Assembly: GCF_006345805.1 (NCBI RefSeq)
Contig: NC_043016.1
Coordinates: forward strand, 1,798,001-1,862,000
Origin: Octopus sinensis
Lineage: Eukaryota
Length of the DNA stretch: 64,000 nucleotides
Reading direction: 5' to 3'
Made by a program: the position numbers and the translations under genes
In this document: in pieces, positions 39,471 through 53,423 of the stretch
How positions within the stretch are numbered: the stretch's first letter is position 1
How the letters are laid out: each line of letters starts with the position of its first letter
The notes under the pieces: model-generated
The model's database searches: none
Seen by the model: the letters and a program-made list of their open reading frames with translations, nothing else
Told to the model about the DNA's origin: nothing

Positions 39471-39643
39471 TTTATATATATAGATACATATATAGTTCAT
39501 TATCATACGTGGTTTGTGTCTGCTGAATGCATTTGAGGTATTTCTCAGCATACGAAACTATTAGTAGCACATAAAAACATACATTGTGTATATTAAATAA
39601 TATTTATCTCTCAGGGGGTTCACCTACAAATACAATTCTATCG

Positions 39644-39711
<68 letters not shown>

Positions 39712-40192
39712 CATTTACTTTTAATCTGCATGTTTGATGCAATCACCTGCCGGGGCACACCCAGCGCCCTAGGGCAAGTGAAGGTTAAGAGTTGTTGAAA
39801 TATAGCTGAAAGCTTGGGGAGGGGAAGTAGAGAAATATCTCCATGTAATACAACACAAACATTTACATTGATAGGGTTTTTCTAAGGATGTGGGCAGTAC
39901 TTGTTAGCTCAATCTTTTGGATTTCCTTGAGACATGGTTCTCCAGGGATATTGTCTAGGTGTTTCTGACATCCCTTTTTTATCATACCTAGGGCACCTAC
40001 AATAACAGGAACAGTTTTTGTTTTAAGATCCCACATCTTTTGTATTTCGATTTCCTGGTCCTTATATTTACTAAGTTTGTCAAATTCCTTTACAGATATA
40101 TTTTTATCAGTGGGGACGCTTACCTCTATTAGTCTGCAGGTATTTTCTTCCCTGTCTTTAACAATTATGTCTTGATCGTTCTGTCAGCGTTG
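39712..40192 (-). mobile_element. 5'-truncated R4/Dong-type remnant (I) flanked by (TAA)n on both sides
   Basis: Minus frames give DIIVKDREEK, YKDQEIEIQKMWDLKTKTVPVIVGALGMIKKG, AHILRKTL. Confidence 0.88.
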
Positions 40193-40211
40193 TTGTTATT
40201 ATTATTATTAA

Positions 40212-40292
<81 letters not shown>

Positions 40293-42047
40293 TATTATTA
40301 TTATTATTTTGCTAAAAGTATTCTTTTCAACTGTCTGCAAACACAGCCAGGCTGAAATAATTAATACATTCTTCCAGGAGTGAATAAAAATGCTCAAACC
40401 TGAAGGGATGGGCCCCTTAAATACAAACAGGGGCCCATTTGCTGGCAACCTGGCAGTCCACCACTGCTTGGAAGTGAAGAGTCAAATAAAACAATCAACA
40501 TCATATAGGCAGTATTACATAAAGAAAATGTTTAAAAGGGGATCAAAATGTTGCAAGCTCTGTTCTACAGATTACAATCATCACCAGCTAACTACAGATT
40601 TAAACAACACACCAAGAAGTTTCTATTCACCAACATATGCTCAGAATTATTTTTCAGCAGTTTTGGAGAGAGATACTTCTCTGATACATAACAAATATCA
40701 TTAGTGGTTCATTCAGTTAAAAGACAATTCTTTTCGATCCACTTATCATCAAAAACTTGGCTCAACAAAATCCGCATCCTGGCATGTTAATTCATGCTTA
40801 CTTTACACATGAAAACACAATCTCATAGACACAAACAAATTCTCAGAGATATATGATCACCCAAATATATAGTTCATGGTAAATTGAAAAGTATTGAATA
40901 TTGTTTTACCTGTGAATTATCTGCTGTACGGTTATTAATGTGTACGGTAAATTTGGTTTATACAGTCATGACCATGGACCATTCGAATATACTAGTCAGC
41001 AGTTACTCTTAACTATGTTAGCCATATAATCAGATTAGACCAATGACTCGTATGGGGAGTAATTCCTGGTGTTCAGGAGGAAGAAATATAATATCGTTGT
41101 TGACGAAGATTGCTTGAAAAATTAAAAGACATACATTCAATAGCCATACAGGTTTTGACTTGCATACAAGCATATATACACGAGTGGATAGATAAACACA
41201 TACACATTTATGCTTTTATACGTTTTCGTTCTCTTTTCATCCTTGTTCTTGACTGGTCAACGCAAACCAGAGTTTCATTTCTTTTGTTTGGCATGCAGTA
41301 TGCAAATATTACTGTTTACACACGTCCAGCTCAATATAGGTATAAATTATCGTAATCTCAAGTTTCCACTGCAAATAACTTTTATGCATGATTTTGGAAA
41401 CATCGATCTTCGATTTAGTATCTAAGACACCTCATGTATCAATGGCTGCATATATTATTGCTTAGTAATATAACAATACTCGTATGATCGATTGTCGATG
41501 AAACAATTGTACATCAATGAAATAATAGAAATTGCTTACTTTATTCTCCTTGGTTATAGTTATATATTTGTTAAAATCGAGTTCAGTCATAGCAGACCCA
41601 GTAGCTAGTTGTTAGAACACACACATATATACACACACGAGCACGAGTAGACGCACGCGCACACATACACACATGTGCACGCACGCACACATGCATGCGC
41701 GCACTGACACACATATGAGTGCGCGCACGCACACAGGCAAATAAAACTGGGCATTTGCTCAATGCATTGCATTGCATAGTTTGCATATATCTGATTGCAA
41801 ATTAAAAATCAAATTATGATGTACATTTTCCAATTTTATGAGAGATAACTGAAAACAGGGTGCAAATATACAATTTGTGGATAGCTTCAGTTACATGCAA
41901 ATATAATTACATTTTAAAATTTGTATGCTCTGGCCTCGGTGTGAGATATACACATTGATATATACATACATATATACGTACGTACGCATGTACTTATATA
42001 CATGCATACATATATGCATATGTGCGTGTGTGTGTCTGTGTGTATGT

Positions 42048-42408
42048 AGAAGCAGGTGTGGCTGTGTGGTAGAAAACTTGCTTCCCAACTACAGTGGTTC
42101 AGTCCCACTGTGTGGCACTGTGGGCTTTGTCTCATACTATAACGGTTGGTCAAACAGTCTTCCGAGTGGATTTGGTAGACGGAAACTGAAAGAAGCCCGC
42201 CTTGTACATGTGTGTGTGTCTTTGTCTCCCGCCGCCATCTGGTTTGTTTATGAGGATGCAAACAAATCATCGCCAGTTCGGCAAAAGGAGACCAGTAGAA
42301 TAAGGTTTAAAAAGAAAAGATACTGCGGACAATTTGCTCAACTAAGCTCTTCAAAGCGGTGCACAGCATGGCTGTAGTCCACTGACTGATACACGTAAAA
42401 GATAAAAG
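42048..42408 (+). mobile_element. Full-length degenerate tRNA/CORE-like SINE
   Basis: GTGGCTGTGTGGTAG (A-box-like), GGTTCAGTCCCACTG (B-box-like), GAGTGGATTTGGTAGACGGAAACTGAAAGAAGCCCG, short (GT)n, tail GCGGTGCACAGCATGGCTGTAGTC...GATAAAAG. Confidence 0.82.
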
Positions 42409-43036
42409 TTAGAATATATATCGTTGCTATTATGCAAAAGTTTTTGTAAGTCCAAAACATTGCTTTTTCAGAAAACGTAGAAATAATTCAGAAATATTAA
42501 ATTTCTAAATATCTTATAGAGATATGTGCGGTGGTGGAGCGATAGAGTGGTTGTATACTGTCAACTTAACGTGACAGTCCCGTAAAGGGAAATTACACCA
42601 CCGCTGTTTAGCCCTAGGAAGCATTGACGCTTCCTGTCGGCTTTGACACATATCCTGTGTCCTTATATATTTACGAAGGGGAGACAAACACCCCAACAGA
42701 TTCATTCCATTTCTTTTTACATTAGCAACAGTTTCAGCATAACAATAATACTTCGCTAGGTGCATAAAATTGTAACTCCTTGCATGTATGATATTTTCAG
42801 TTGGAAGTATTGTTGCAAAGCTGTCGTGTGTGGGCCTTACTAGACTTTTGAAAAATGATAACCCTTTGTACAACACATTTACAATTTTCATCTGAAGCAG
42901 TTGGAGATACGATAGTTCGATAAAAGAACCAGCTATTGCAAGCAAAAATAAATATTGAAAGAAAAAAAACGCAATTGGACAAATTTGGACATAAAATACT
43001 TAACATAATAGCAACGATATATATTTTATATATGAA

Positions 43037-43124
<88 letters not shown>

Positions 43125-43149
43125 GTTACGGAGATGTACTTGCATAGCG

Positions 43150-43913
43150 AGTGACTTGATCTGAGATCGTGTGCTGGAACGAAAACAATTGCAGCGTGGA
43201 AGGGGTTTAGATTCACTTCAACATTTAAATTTAATTTGTCAAAATATTTTCGTCGCTTTCAGACCGCGACCTGTTCACTGACAAAGCTTCGTGCTGCATC
43301 TGAGAAAGTAACAGTTAGTTCATGATATATATGTACGTATGTATGTGTGTGTGTATGTATGTATGTATGTATGTATGTATGTATGTATGTATGTATGTAT
43401 GTATGTATGTATGTGCGTATGTATGTATGTGTGTACATGTATGTGCGCATGCATGTGTGCATGCCTATACGCATGTATGTATGTTCTTATGTACTTACGT
43501 ATGTATGTGAGTATTTAGGAGAGTGTGTAGACGTGTCTGTGTGTGTGTGCATGTGTATGTACATGTGAACGTATGTTTATTTAAATATGTGTCAGTTCAA
43601 GTTGTATACATGACTGTTACCTTGTTGAAGGTTGTATATATACACACATATACATTTATATAGACACACACACACATATATGTGTGTGTGTGTGTGTGCG
43701 TTTGTCCCTCTCACCACGGTGAATGGATACAACGTCTTAGATACATATATGCACATATAACCTTATGCATATATACAAGTACACACAATCATATAGACAC
43801 TTACACATACTCACAAATATACGTATAATCTTAAAGTATACACCCATAAACGCTCAGCCATCTCTACATACATATATACATATACATATACACACACATA
43901 CATACATATAGAT

Positions 43914-43964
<51 letters not shown>

Positions 43965-46217
43965 CATACACACATACATTTACATATATATATACATGTA
44001 TATGACACTCTTTTCAAGGACAACGGTTAAAATTGTAACTTGCTTTATTTTATTCTATTTATTCTTTTTTTAATTTTTTTACATGCATACATATATAATT
44101 CATATATATATTTACACCTACTCATATGTGCATGCATATACATACTTATACACTAACATACACAACACACAACACATACACACACGTCTGCACACATATA
44201 CATCAACACATACGTACATACGTATCAAACAATGTACGCTCGTACGGTTATATATAACTGCATATATGCATTTTAGTACCATGCATTTCAACATGTATGC
44301 ATGGATTACTACTCGTGAGGGGTGTTTATAGAATGGTACTCCCGAGTTGAATCTGGATGTTACCCCATCCGGATTTTCGGTTGAGAGTGGGTTTGTATTC
44401 TTGTATACAGACAGCTTCAGTGACCTGTCTCAGCATTGCATCAGTGGGATGTGTGGAAAAGATGTTTAACTTAAGTCTCCCTAAGGAGCCCTTGTGGCAG
44501 TCTAAAGCATGCTGATAGAAGATGGAGTTTGGCTTCTTTTTAATGTAGTTGTCCAGGTGTTCTTTGAACCTATCATTGATACACCTAGAAGTCTCACCTA
44601 TGTATGACTCTGGGTTAGTCGCGCAAGCTCCATCTTGGCACTTAATTTGGTATACAGTGCTCTTGGTTTTGCAGTTCACATGTGGGTTTGTAGAACATAC
44701 TGCACAATTATTTTGACATGTGAATCTATCAAATGGATATGATCTACATAATACAGATTTGATAGTTGTACTGTCTTTTCTACAACCTTGATCTTAAGGC
44801 CAGTTGTGTGCAGGATTTTCTTGAATGCCTTACATAATTCGTTCTTAGGTGTGGCGTCAACAAACATTACACAGTGAAATTTCTTCTATCAAGTATTGGT
44901 TTTATTTCTTTTGTTGGTGTCTCTCTCTAACCTATTTCGGAACTTGTTGCGGTATAGGGGACATATACCGTTTCGTCATCTCTTAGAATGCGTTCGAATC
45001 TTGTTTTCGCTCCTTTGTACACTCTGATTCTGTCATATTGTGTGTATACGGAACGTTGCATTCGGAATATGAAGTGCTGGATGCGTTGTTGTCGTTCTTG
45101 TGGTTGGCATAGTGAAGATACATTCCTCATTACTCTAACGAAGTCTGCCACCAGGATGTTGAGCTTGGTAGTACTCGACATCGCTGAGTCACTACGGGTT
45201 ACCAGTGGATTAGCCATAGGTTTACAATAGTGTGAGTGGAGTATACAGGGTTTAACTGTTCCGTTAACCATAGTATTTTCCATCCACAGCTCAGTATCTA
45301 GGACAGGTAATCTATTACTGGGGTGTTTAGAGGGGTAGTCCACGGTAACTTTTATACTGCTATGAATAGAGTCAGCTATGTGTTGTATAGCTGTCATCAC
45401 CTGTTCTTCATTTAGTAGAGAGTCTGTCTCTGTGTCTGTATTATTATTACATTTCACGACAAGGTTAATGTCGTCGACGTATCGAGAGTACATAGTGAAG
45501 TGGATGTTACGGGTCGCTAGGCACTGTTTAAAATGTCTGTCCCGCCATAGCATGAAGAGGTTTGCAACATCACCGGTGATCCCTACTCCAGTAGCACCGC
45601 ATTTCGTCTGTATATACAGTTTGTTGTTGAATTTAAAAATATGAGTTATTAGTGTAGTTCTAAGGCTGACACCGATAGCATGTGCGATAGTAGTTCTCAT
45701 GTCGTGAGCATCTGAAAGTGGGTAGTCTGGCTCATCCAGCTCTGCCAGCGTTCACAGTGGGTCTTTTTGTATGCTGAGGTAATGGTAGGTGGTCTCCCTC
45801 GTTTGTTACGGGTGTGACAAGCATGTAGAAGATTACTGTGTGACAGATACTCATCGGTACAAGTCAGGGCCAGGAATACCCCTAGTTCATATACGTCCAC
45901 ATTTTTAAATATCATGATATGTATGTACGTATGTGTAGATGTGTATGTGTGTATGCGTGTGTGTATGTGTTGTGTGTTGTGTATGTTAGTGTATAAGTAC
46001 GTACATGCATGCACATATATGTGTAAATATATATATGTATTATATATATATGCATCAAATGAAATAAAAAAACAGAACACAAATGATGTCGCGGTACACG
46101 TGTTTCAAGCTTTATACAACAACCTATTTTTACATCAATATATAATCGACATAACAGATGGTTTAAAGCTCTCTTCAGCCGCATGCAATTGCTATACCAA
46201 AGACTTCCATCACATTA
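43150..46217 (+). mobile_element. Partial copy (B') of the 5' region of PLE B, split by PLE N1
   Basis: 43150-43920 is the reverse complement of ~56760-57490, and 46050-46217 is the reverse complement of 56620-56760 plus 56365-56380. N1 sits in the intervening (TA)n tract. Confidence 0.85.
43990..46055 (-). mobile_element. 5'-truncated Penelope-like element N1 (RT + GIY-YIG, Neptune/Nematis-like) with ~143-bp inverted ends
   Basis: RT: QTKCGATG.GITGDVANLFM, YSRYVDDI, LPVLDTEL. Cys linker FTCQNNCAVC...NC. GIY-YIG: VYQIKC..ESYIGET.R..DRFKEH, RQVTEAVCI..KPTLNRK. 44083-44226 is inverted relative to 45916-46055. Confidence 0.9.
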
Positions 46218-47856
46218 TGAAAAAAACAAAAATGTACATTTTGTATTATCTATAACGGTGAGTATACTGAGTTTCACTGAGAAAGTAAGTTTTTAAATCT
46301 TCATAATCAAATAGGTATGTAGGGTATCATTGGACCTCAAAAACCCGTCCATACTCTATCATCAGTCAACATAGAGTGAATGTTGAGTAGATGCGAGTGG
46401 GTCCATTCCTCTTGTAAGGGAAGGAAATAAGGAGAAGAGAAGGTGGAGAAAAAGAAGAAATAGAAAAAATAGAAAAAAAGAAATAGGGAGAGTATGGAGA
46501 GGAAAGAAAAGAGAAAAGAAAGAGAGAAAAGTGGGAAGAAAAAGAAGGGGAAGAGGAGGAAAAAAAAGGGAGAAAAAGGTAATAATGTTGGGATCATAAA
46601 TATAAATATAAATATAATACAATAAAATATAATAAAATATAATAAAATATAACAGATATAAAAATATAAAAAATATATAAAAAATATATAAACAATATAT
46701 AAAAAATATATAAAAAATATATAAACAATATATAAAAAATATATAAAAAATATATAAACAATATATAAAAAATATAAAAAACGTAAGGTATAAAACCGTA
46801 AATAATAGAAATGTATTGTAAAAATGTAAGATATACAAAAATAAATAAAAATAAAGATATAAAGTGATCGTAATGACAAAAGATTTAAGATAGAGAGATA
46901 AGATGTTAAAAAGTTTGAGATTTTGGTTTTTGATGCTGCGCTAAGTGTCATAAATTACCTCTGATTATCGGGGGAGGGGGAAGGAAATTTGATATTGTTG
47001 TAGTGAGTGGTCAGTTTATAGCAATCTGTCACTACATGCTTTAAGTATATCTAGTATGTGTGTACGTGTGTACACGCGCACATATATGTACGAGTATAGG
47101 TATCTATACACACACATAACCACACCCATGTAAAACTCGATAAACATATATATACATATATATATGTAAAAATACAAACTGGGACAAGAACGCAAAACAT
47201 TTAGAAGACGATACAAAAAACACGGACGGGACATTCGAAGCCTTCAGTCTTCAGTCAAGAACCGGATCATCCTCGCAATTTCGGCTGATTAATCTTGAGA
47301 TTGCTCCGATCTGGCCATCCCCAAAGGAAAATCTAAGCCAGGCGCATTAGATTCCTTGGAAGAAAGCCTCGAATGTAATACAAAACAAGGACGGAAAAAC
47401 GGACGAGGTTACACGAATAAGAATACAAAAATACGTGAAAACAATAATGATAATAATAATAACAAAAACAGGACGTCACAGACAGGCGTCTTTCGACAGG
47501 ACGAGTAAACTTTGAGCTGGCGTGTTAGAAAAATGCCTTAGGGCAGAGAGAAAACAATGTGTCTTGCCGCGACGACTGCTAAGCACGAAAGACCAGCAAT
47601 CGGTCAGTCAGTCACGTGTGAGGAGAAGAAAGAGGAAAAGAGATGAATTAAGGAGGAGGAGAGGAGAGAAAAAAGGGGAACAGGGAACAAAGGAGGAGGA
47701 GAAGAGAGAGAGAGCGAGAAAGAGACAGATCAAAGTAGAGTGCAAAGTGTGAAAGGCAGAGAAATTTAGGAGAGTGGGGACAGACTGTGTTATAGAGTCG
47801 TACCAAGTTTAAAGAAATATGTACTTACATATAAGACCAAAGGGGTAAGGGGGCCG

Positions 47857-47893
<37 letters not shown>

Positions 47894-48094
47894 AAAAAAT
47901 AGTGTGCGTGTGTGTACATGTGCACACACGCTCACACATATGCACACATATACATACATACATACATACATACACACACACATACACACACATATACACA
48001 TATATATATATGTATGTATACATACACACCCACCCACCTATACATATACATATATATACACATACATACTCACACATAAACATATATACATACC

Positions 48095-48126
<32 letters not shown>

Positions 48127-48343
48127 TAAATTAGAGATAAAACCACTATTAGGCAAATCAAACAATGAAAAACTTAAGCCAATACATAAGATTATTTAAT
48201 TTATATTATTTAAATATATAACAAAATTATTAAAAAAATATAATTTAATAATTAATATAATATAATATTTTACTACAAAATTGGATTCAATCCTAAATCT
48301 GATTTTTCCCTGTAAGTTTGGATTTATTCCCTAATATTATATA

Positions 48344-48420
<77 letters not shown>

Positions 48421-48522
48421 GGAGTAAACACATAAATGTGAAACAAGGTGGAAAAAAGAGTACTCAAATACCAGTGGTAGAGTAATATGCTTTATTTTAA
48501 GCAGCAGAAAATTCAACAAAAT

Positions 48523-48560
48523 CTGTTACTCTGAGTTTCTCGTTGCCGTTCGTCAGACAG
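48523..48560 (-). ncRNA. Minimal type-I hammerhead ribozyme in the left inverted arm of PLE A
   Basis: Reverse complement: CTGT CTGACGA A-CG-GCAA-CG-A GAAA CTCAGA GTA ACAG. Confidence 0.65.
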
Positions 48561-49302
48561 TTTTTGCTAGAATGGAACTGATATATCAATTCAATCTATA
48601 CTCTTACAAACGCTACACCTTTAAAAAGAAATGGACTTGTTTGATTGGCCCTTTAGAAAAAACGGTCAATCTTCGAGCGATAAACAAAAAGGTCAAAAAT
48701 ATATGTATATATATATAAAAACTTATAAAAATTATAAAATCCGAGGAAAAAACCTATTGACGTTAATGAAGACAGTGCAAATTAATGCATAGAAATTAAA
48801 CCTGTTATAAATACTGCAATACATATTTATATTAAAATCTACATATATATATCAACATACACAAAAGGATGCGCGTAAACGCCATACATACATATACAGA
48901 CGTATGAATATGAATCTAAATATACACATAAAAGCATGTGTACATATATTCACGCAAACCGTCTCGCACGCAAGCTAAAATTCATCTATGTAGCAATTCT
49001 CATATACTGAGCAAGGAGGGGGAACGAAAGAAAGGGAAAGAGAGAAAAAGGAACGAAGGAGGGGTGGGGAAAAAACGAAATAAGGAAAAAATTATGTATA
49101 CAAGCAGTGTAACTGTATTATTGGCATATATAAAGACCAGTATACATACACAAGTTTGAATGGATACACATACATACAGTCGTGTATATGTGTGCTTAAG
49201 CACAAACATACTTTCACTTACACATACACAGATACGCATGCTTACAAATACATATGCTTTGCTATACACATACTTATATAAATATTCTAATTTAGACAAC
49301 AT

Positions 49303-51284
49303 GCAAATATGGATTTAAATCTCCCAGAAACCCGCCACCGATTCCGGAATTAGAAGCCTTCGAGAAAGACCTTTTCGAGCTTATTAGGAAAATTAAATTC
49401 CGCAAATATACCAACCAATTGCAGACAAATATGAGAGAAAAAATTAAGGGGATTAACGACTCGAATAAGATCTTCGTTAATTCTGACAAGACAAGGAACT
49501 TATATGCACTTGATAAGGACGTTTATAAACGCCTGATTTCGAATAGTGTCACGGACACATACAAAAAAGACAACACGAATATATACAAAGAGGTGAACTT
49601 AGAAGCAAGAGGAATAGCTAACGATCTTAAGATTAGCGATAAGATTGAATACCTTTCACCACGACCAGCTTTTATTACTCTGAAATACCATAAAGCCAAC
49701 TTTAGTAGAAACCCCAAATGTAGATTGATAAATCCGGCTAAAACTGAGATAGGAATTATTAGCAAAAATATTTTGGACCGTATTTTAGTTAAGTTAGATA
49801 GTGAAGTAGACTTGAGAATTTGGAAGAATAGTAAGTCAGTTATAGAGTGGTTTAAAGGTATTAGCTATAAGAATAATTGTAGTTTCACACAATTCGACAT
49901 TATTGACTTTTACCCGTCAATATCTAGGACGTTGCTCCTAAGGGCATTGGACTTCGCCAAGCAGTATGTCAACATCGATAGCTCGGAAATTGAAATTATT
50001 ATGCATGCGAGGAAATCGCTTCTTTTTTTCGAGGATTCCACCTGGATTAAGAAGACTGAGGATTCTCTTTTCGATGTACCGATGGGGGCATACGACGGGG
50101 CTGAATTATGTATGCTCATAGGAGCCTTTATTCTCCATAATCTAAAAATAGAATTCCCATTTATAGATGCAGGTTTATATAGGGATGACGGCCTTATAGC
50201 CACGCATAATCTAAACGGCCATGAATCAGATAGACTTAGGAAGGACCTTATAGCTTTCTTTCAAAGGATGGGCTTACGGGTTACGATAGATGCTAACCTG
50301 AATAGTGTAGATTTTTTAGACGTAAATTTTAACGTAAGATCGGATAGATTTAAACCTTTCCGTAAGCCCAATGAAAAGCTATCGTATATTAGCAAATATT
50401 CGAACCATCCACCAGTTATCCTTAGGAACTTAGTCAGCAATGTAGGTAGAAGGATATCTTCAATTTCTTCGGACGAGGCAGCATTCCATAATGCTGCACC
50501 TTATTACGATAGCGCATTAAAGAATAGTGGATTCTCTGAGAAGATCCAGTTCAACCAGCTTAATGCTGATAATAATGCTGCACGAAGAACTAGGACCAGG
50601 AAAGTTTTGTGGTTCAACCCGGCTTTCAATTTGGCCGTAAAGACTAATATAGGTAAGGAATTTTTGAGATTAGTCTCTAAGCATTTTAAGCAGGGTCATA
50701 AATTCTATAGAATATTTAATAGAAGAACCCTGAAGGTTAGCTATTCTTGTTGCAGAAATTTCGCCTCTTACATTAGCCAACATAATAGGAAGCTAATTGA
50801 GATTAGACATGGTGCCGAGCCCATTAAGAAATGTAATTTCAAAAACGAAAGCTCCTGTCCGTTAGAAGGGAAATGTCTAGTGAAAGGAGTAGTTTATAGA
50901 GCCAAGGTGCAAGTGGAAGGCTCATCGGAATACAAGACATACACAGGTGCTTCAGAAAATTCATTTAAAACAAGATTTTATTCTCATAAAAATTCATTTA
51001 AATACCCAGAGAATAGGAAGAAAACCAGCCTAGCAAAATATGTCTGGGAACTAAAAGAAAAGGAAGCCCCATCTTTCAACGTGACATGGAGCATTCTGGA
51101 CAGGGCGGCACCATACAGGCATGGAGCTTACAAAAATAATTTCAAGTGCAGACTTTGTCTATTAGAAAAAATGTACATCTTATTCAAAGACAATAATTCT
51201 TTGAATCAAAGAAGTGAGCTAATGAATTTATGTAGGCACGCGGCTAAATTTAAAATGTCGAATATAAATATACCATATGGATAG
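49303..51284 (+). CDS. PLE polyprotein (RT + C-terminal GIY-YIG endonuclease), N-terminally truncated, Hydra-clade-like
   Basis: The open frame extends upstream of the tracked 49419 start to KYGFKSPRNPPPIPELEAFEKDL. RT: FDIIDFYPSI, VPMGAYDGAE, GLYRDDGL, VDFLDV, SNHPP. Linker KCNFKNESSCPLEGKC. EN: VVYRA..YTGASE.SFKTRFYSH. C-terminus CRLCLLEK..LNQRSELMNLCRH. Clade assignment is from recalled motif style only. Confidence 0.9.
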
Positions 51285-52309
51285 AGTATATATTTTGTAT
51301 TTTGATTGACTCTTAAACGATGAGCGCTACGATGGATTTTGTTTCCAAGGAATGCGGATCTTAATCCGTATAGCAAAGTCTTATGTTTCTACATATATAT
51401 TAGGAAAAACCTACAAACTTTGTTTTCATGTTATTGTATTGCATAGGATTACCTTGATTATTTATATTACCTTGATTATTTATAAATGACCCAAAATAGG
51501 ATGTTATATTTTATTTTATTTTATGTCTTTCGTATATATTTTTATTAATGCACCCATTTTTAAAAGCAATGTTGTCAAAATTAGAATATTTATATAAGTA
51601 TGTGTATAGCAAAGCATATGTATTTGTAAGCATGCGTATCTGTGTATGTGTAAGTGAAAGTATGTTTGTGCTTAAGCACACATATACACGACTGTATGTA
51701 TGTGTATCCATTCAAACTTGTGTATGTATACTGGTCTTTATATATGCCAATAATACAGTTACACTGCTTGTATACATAATTTTTTCCTTATTTCGTTTTT
51801 CCCCACCCCTCCTTCGTTCCTTTTTCTCTCTCTCCCTTTCTTTCGTTCTCCCTCCTTGCTCAGTATATGAGAATTGCTACATAGATGAATTTTTGCTTGC
51901 GTGCGAGACGGTTTGCGTGAATATATGTACACATGCTTTTATGTGTATATTTAGATTTATATTCATACGTCTGTATATGTATGTATGGCGTTTACGCGCA
52001 TCCTTTTGTGTATGTTGATATATATATGTAGATTTTAATATAAATATGTATTGCAGTATTTATAACAGGTTTAATTTCTATGCATTAATTTGCACTGTCT
52101 TCATTAACGTCAATAGGTTTTTTCCTCGGATTTTATAATTTTTATAAGTTTTTATATATATATACATATATTTTTGACCTTTTTGTTTATCGCTCGAAGA
52201 TTGACCGTTTTTTCTAAAGGGCCAATCAAACAAGTCCATTTCTTTTTAAAGGTGTAGCGTTTGTAAGAGTATAGATTGAATTGATATATCAGTTCCATTC
52301 TAGCAAAAA

Positions 52310-52347
52310 CTGTCTGATGAACGGCAACGAGAAACTCAGAGTAACAG
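52310..52347 (+). ncRNA. Minimal type-I hammerhead ribozyme in the 3' arm of PLE A (sense to the ORF)
   Basis: CTGT CTGATGA ACGGCAACGA GAAA CTCAGA GTA ACAG. Stem I extends to 10 bp with one mismatch (CAAAAACTGT/ACAGATTTTG), stem II has a GCAA tetraloop, and stem III is the interrupted palindrome ACTC-A-GAGT. Predicted cleavage after 52343. Confidence 0.7.
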
Positions 52348-52380
52348 ATTTTGTTGAATTTTATGCTGCTTAAAATAAAG

Positions 52381-52414
<34 letters not shown>

Positions 52415-52520
52415 CACGTATACCAATACATACATACACATGCAAATGTACACATACACACACTTACACACATATATACATACATGTATAGTACATATAC
52501 ATGCACACACATGTACATAT

Positions 52521-52558
<38 letters not shown>

Positions 52559-53423
52559 ACTCACACACACACACACATATATCCACATACCTATATATTC
52601 TCGAATATACAAGCACACACATGTTTGTATATATATATATATACATATACATATACATATGCATACATATATATATACATATATACGTGTGTGTATATGT
52701 GTGTACACTTCCCCTCATACATACACTCACGCATGCATACATGTAAATCCCACCATTTATAAATCTTCATACATACACGCCCGTGGATTCATGCATACAC
52801 ATACATAAAAGCATCACATCTTCTACATATCTATCTTGATTTTAATTAATTTAAATGTAAAGATAAAAATATACGGTAAAATTAGAGCAATATACGGTAA
52901 AAATAAAGTATAAAAAAGATATGGAAAATAGGAAATAATAGGAAAAATAAGGAAAATACGAAAAAAAAAAGAAAAATAAGAAAAAGTAAGGAAAAATACA
53001 AAAGCAAAGTGCAGAAGCAATATTGTTACAATCTTATAATATAATATTGATTGGAAAAATGCATTGATTTGAGAGATTTTAAGATTATCCACTATATAAA
53101 ATACTCTTATTTATATTGTTAGGGGAAGTGAGAAGCCAAAAGATTCTAGGTATTTATTACCCTATATTACTCCTCTAATGTTAATATTAATAAAGATATT
53201 AATGAAGTCATATGCTAAATTATAGGGACAATGGTTAGATTAATTATCTATGTTCCATATAGATACGCATAAGTAAGTATAAGTTTTCCAGATTGAATGG
53301 TATGTGCATACTATCCGGGGATAGAGTTGTTGGGGTAAGTCCATGATTAGTTAATCTAATACCTGAGTAGTAGATTATTGAAATTCCAATGTGAAATGAT
53401 TATGAAGGTATTACAATGGAGAA

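Larger units (their letters stand above)
48418..52380 (+). mobile_element. Penelope-like element A with inverted pseudo-LTR arms, inserted in (TA)n
   Basis: The ORF below is bracketed by 48490-49302 and 51569-52380, which are reverse complements with about 7-8 differences counted by eye; (TA)n outside both ends. Confidence 0.93.

Noticed and set aside
40390-40704. 104-aa ORF in unique sequence
   Set aside because: No recognisable motif or splice context; length is compatible with chance.
43268-43315. CTGACAA...GAAAGTAACAG in the B' region
   Set aside because: G8 is missing, stem II and III are unconvincing, and the core is deleted in the B copy.
46895-46975. Minus-strand NQR*FMTLSAASKTKISNF resembling the C-terminus of PLE A (NQRSELMNLCRHAAKFKMSNI)
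   Set aside because: Too short and lacks the CRH motif; it may be a PLE 3' remnant but cannot be supported without an alignment.
47225-47265. CTGAAGA...CGAATGTC hammerhead-like string on the minus strand
   Set aside because: The GAAA box is incomplete and stem II cannot be formed convincingly.
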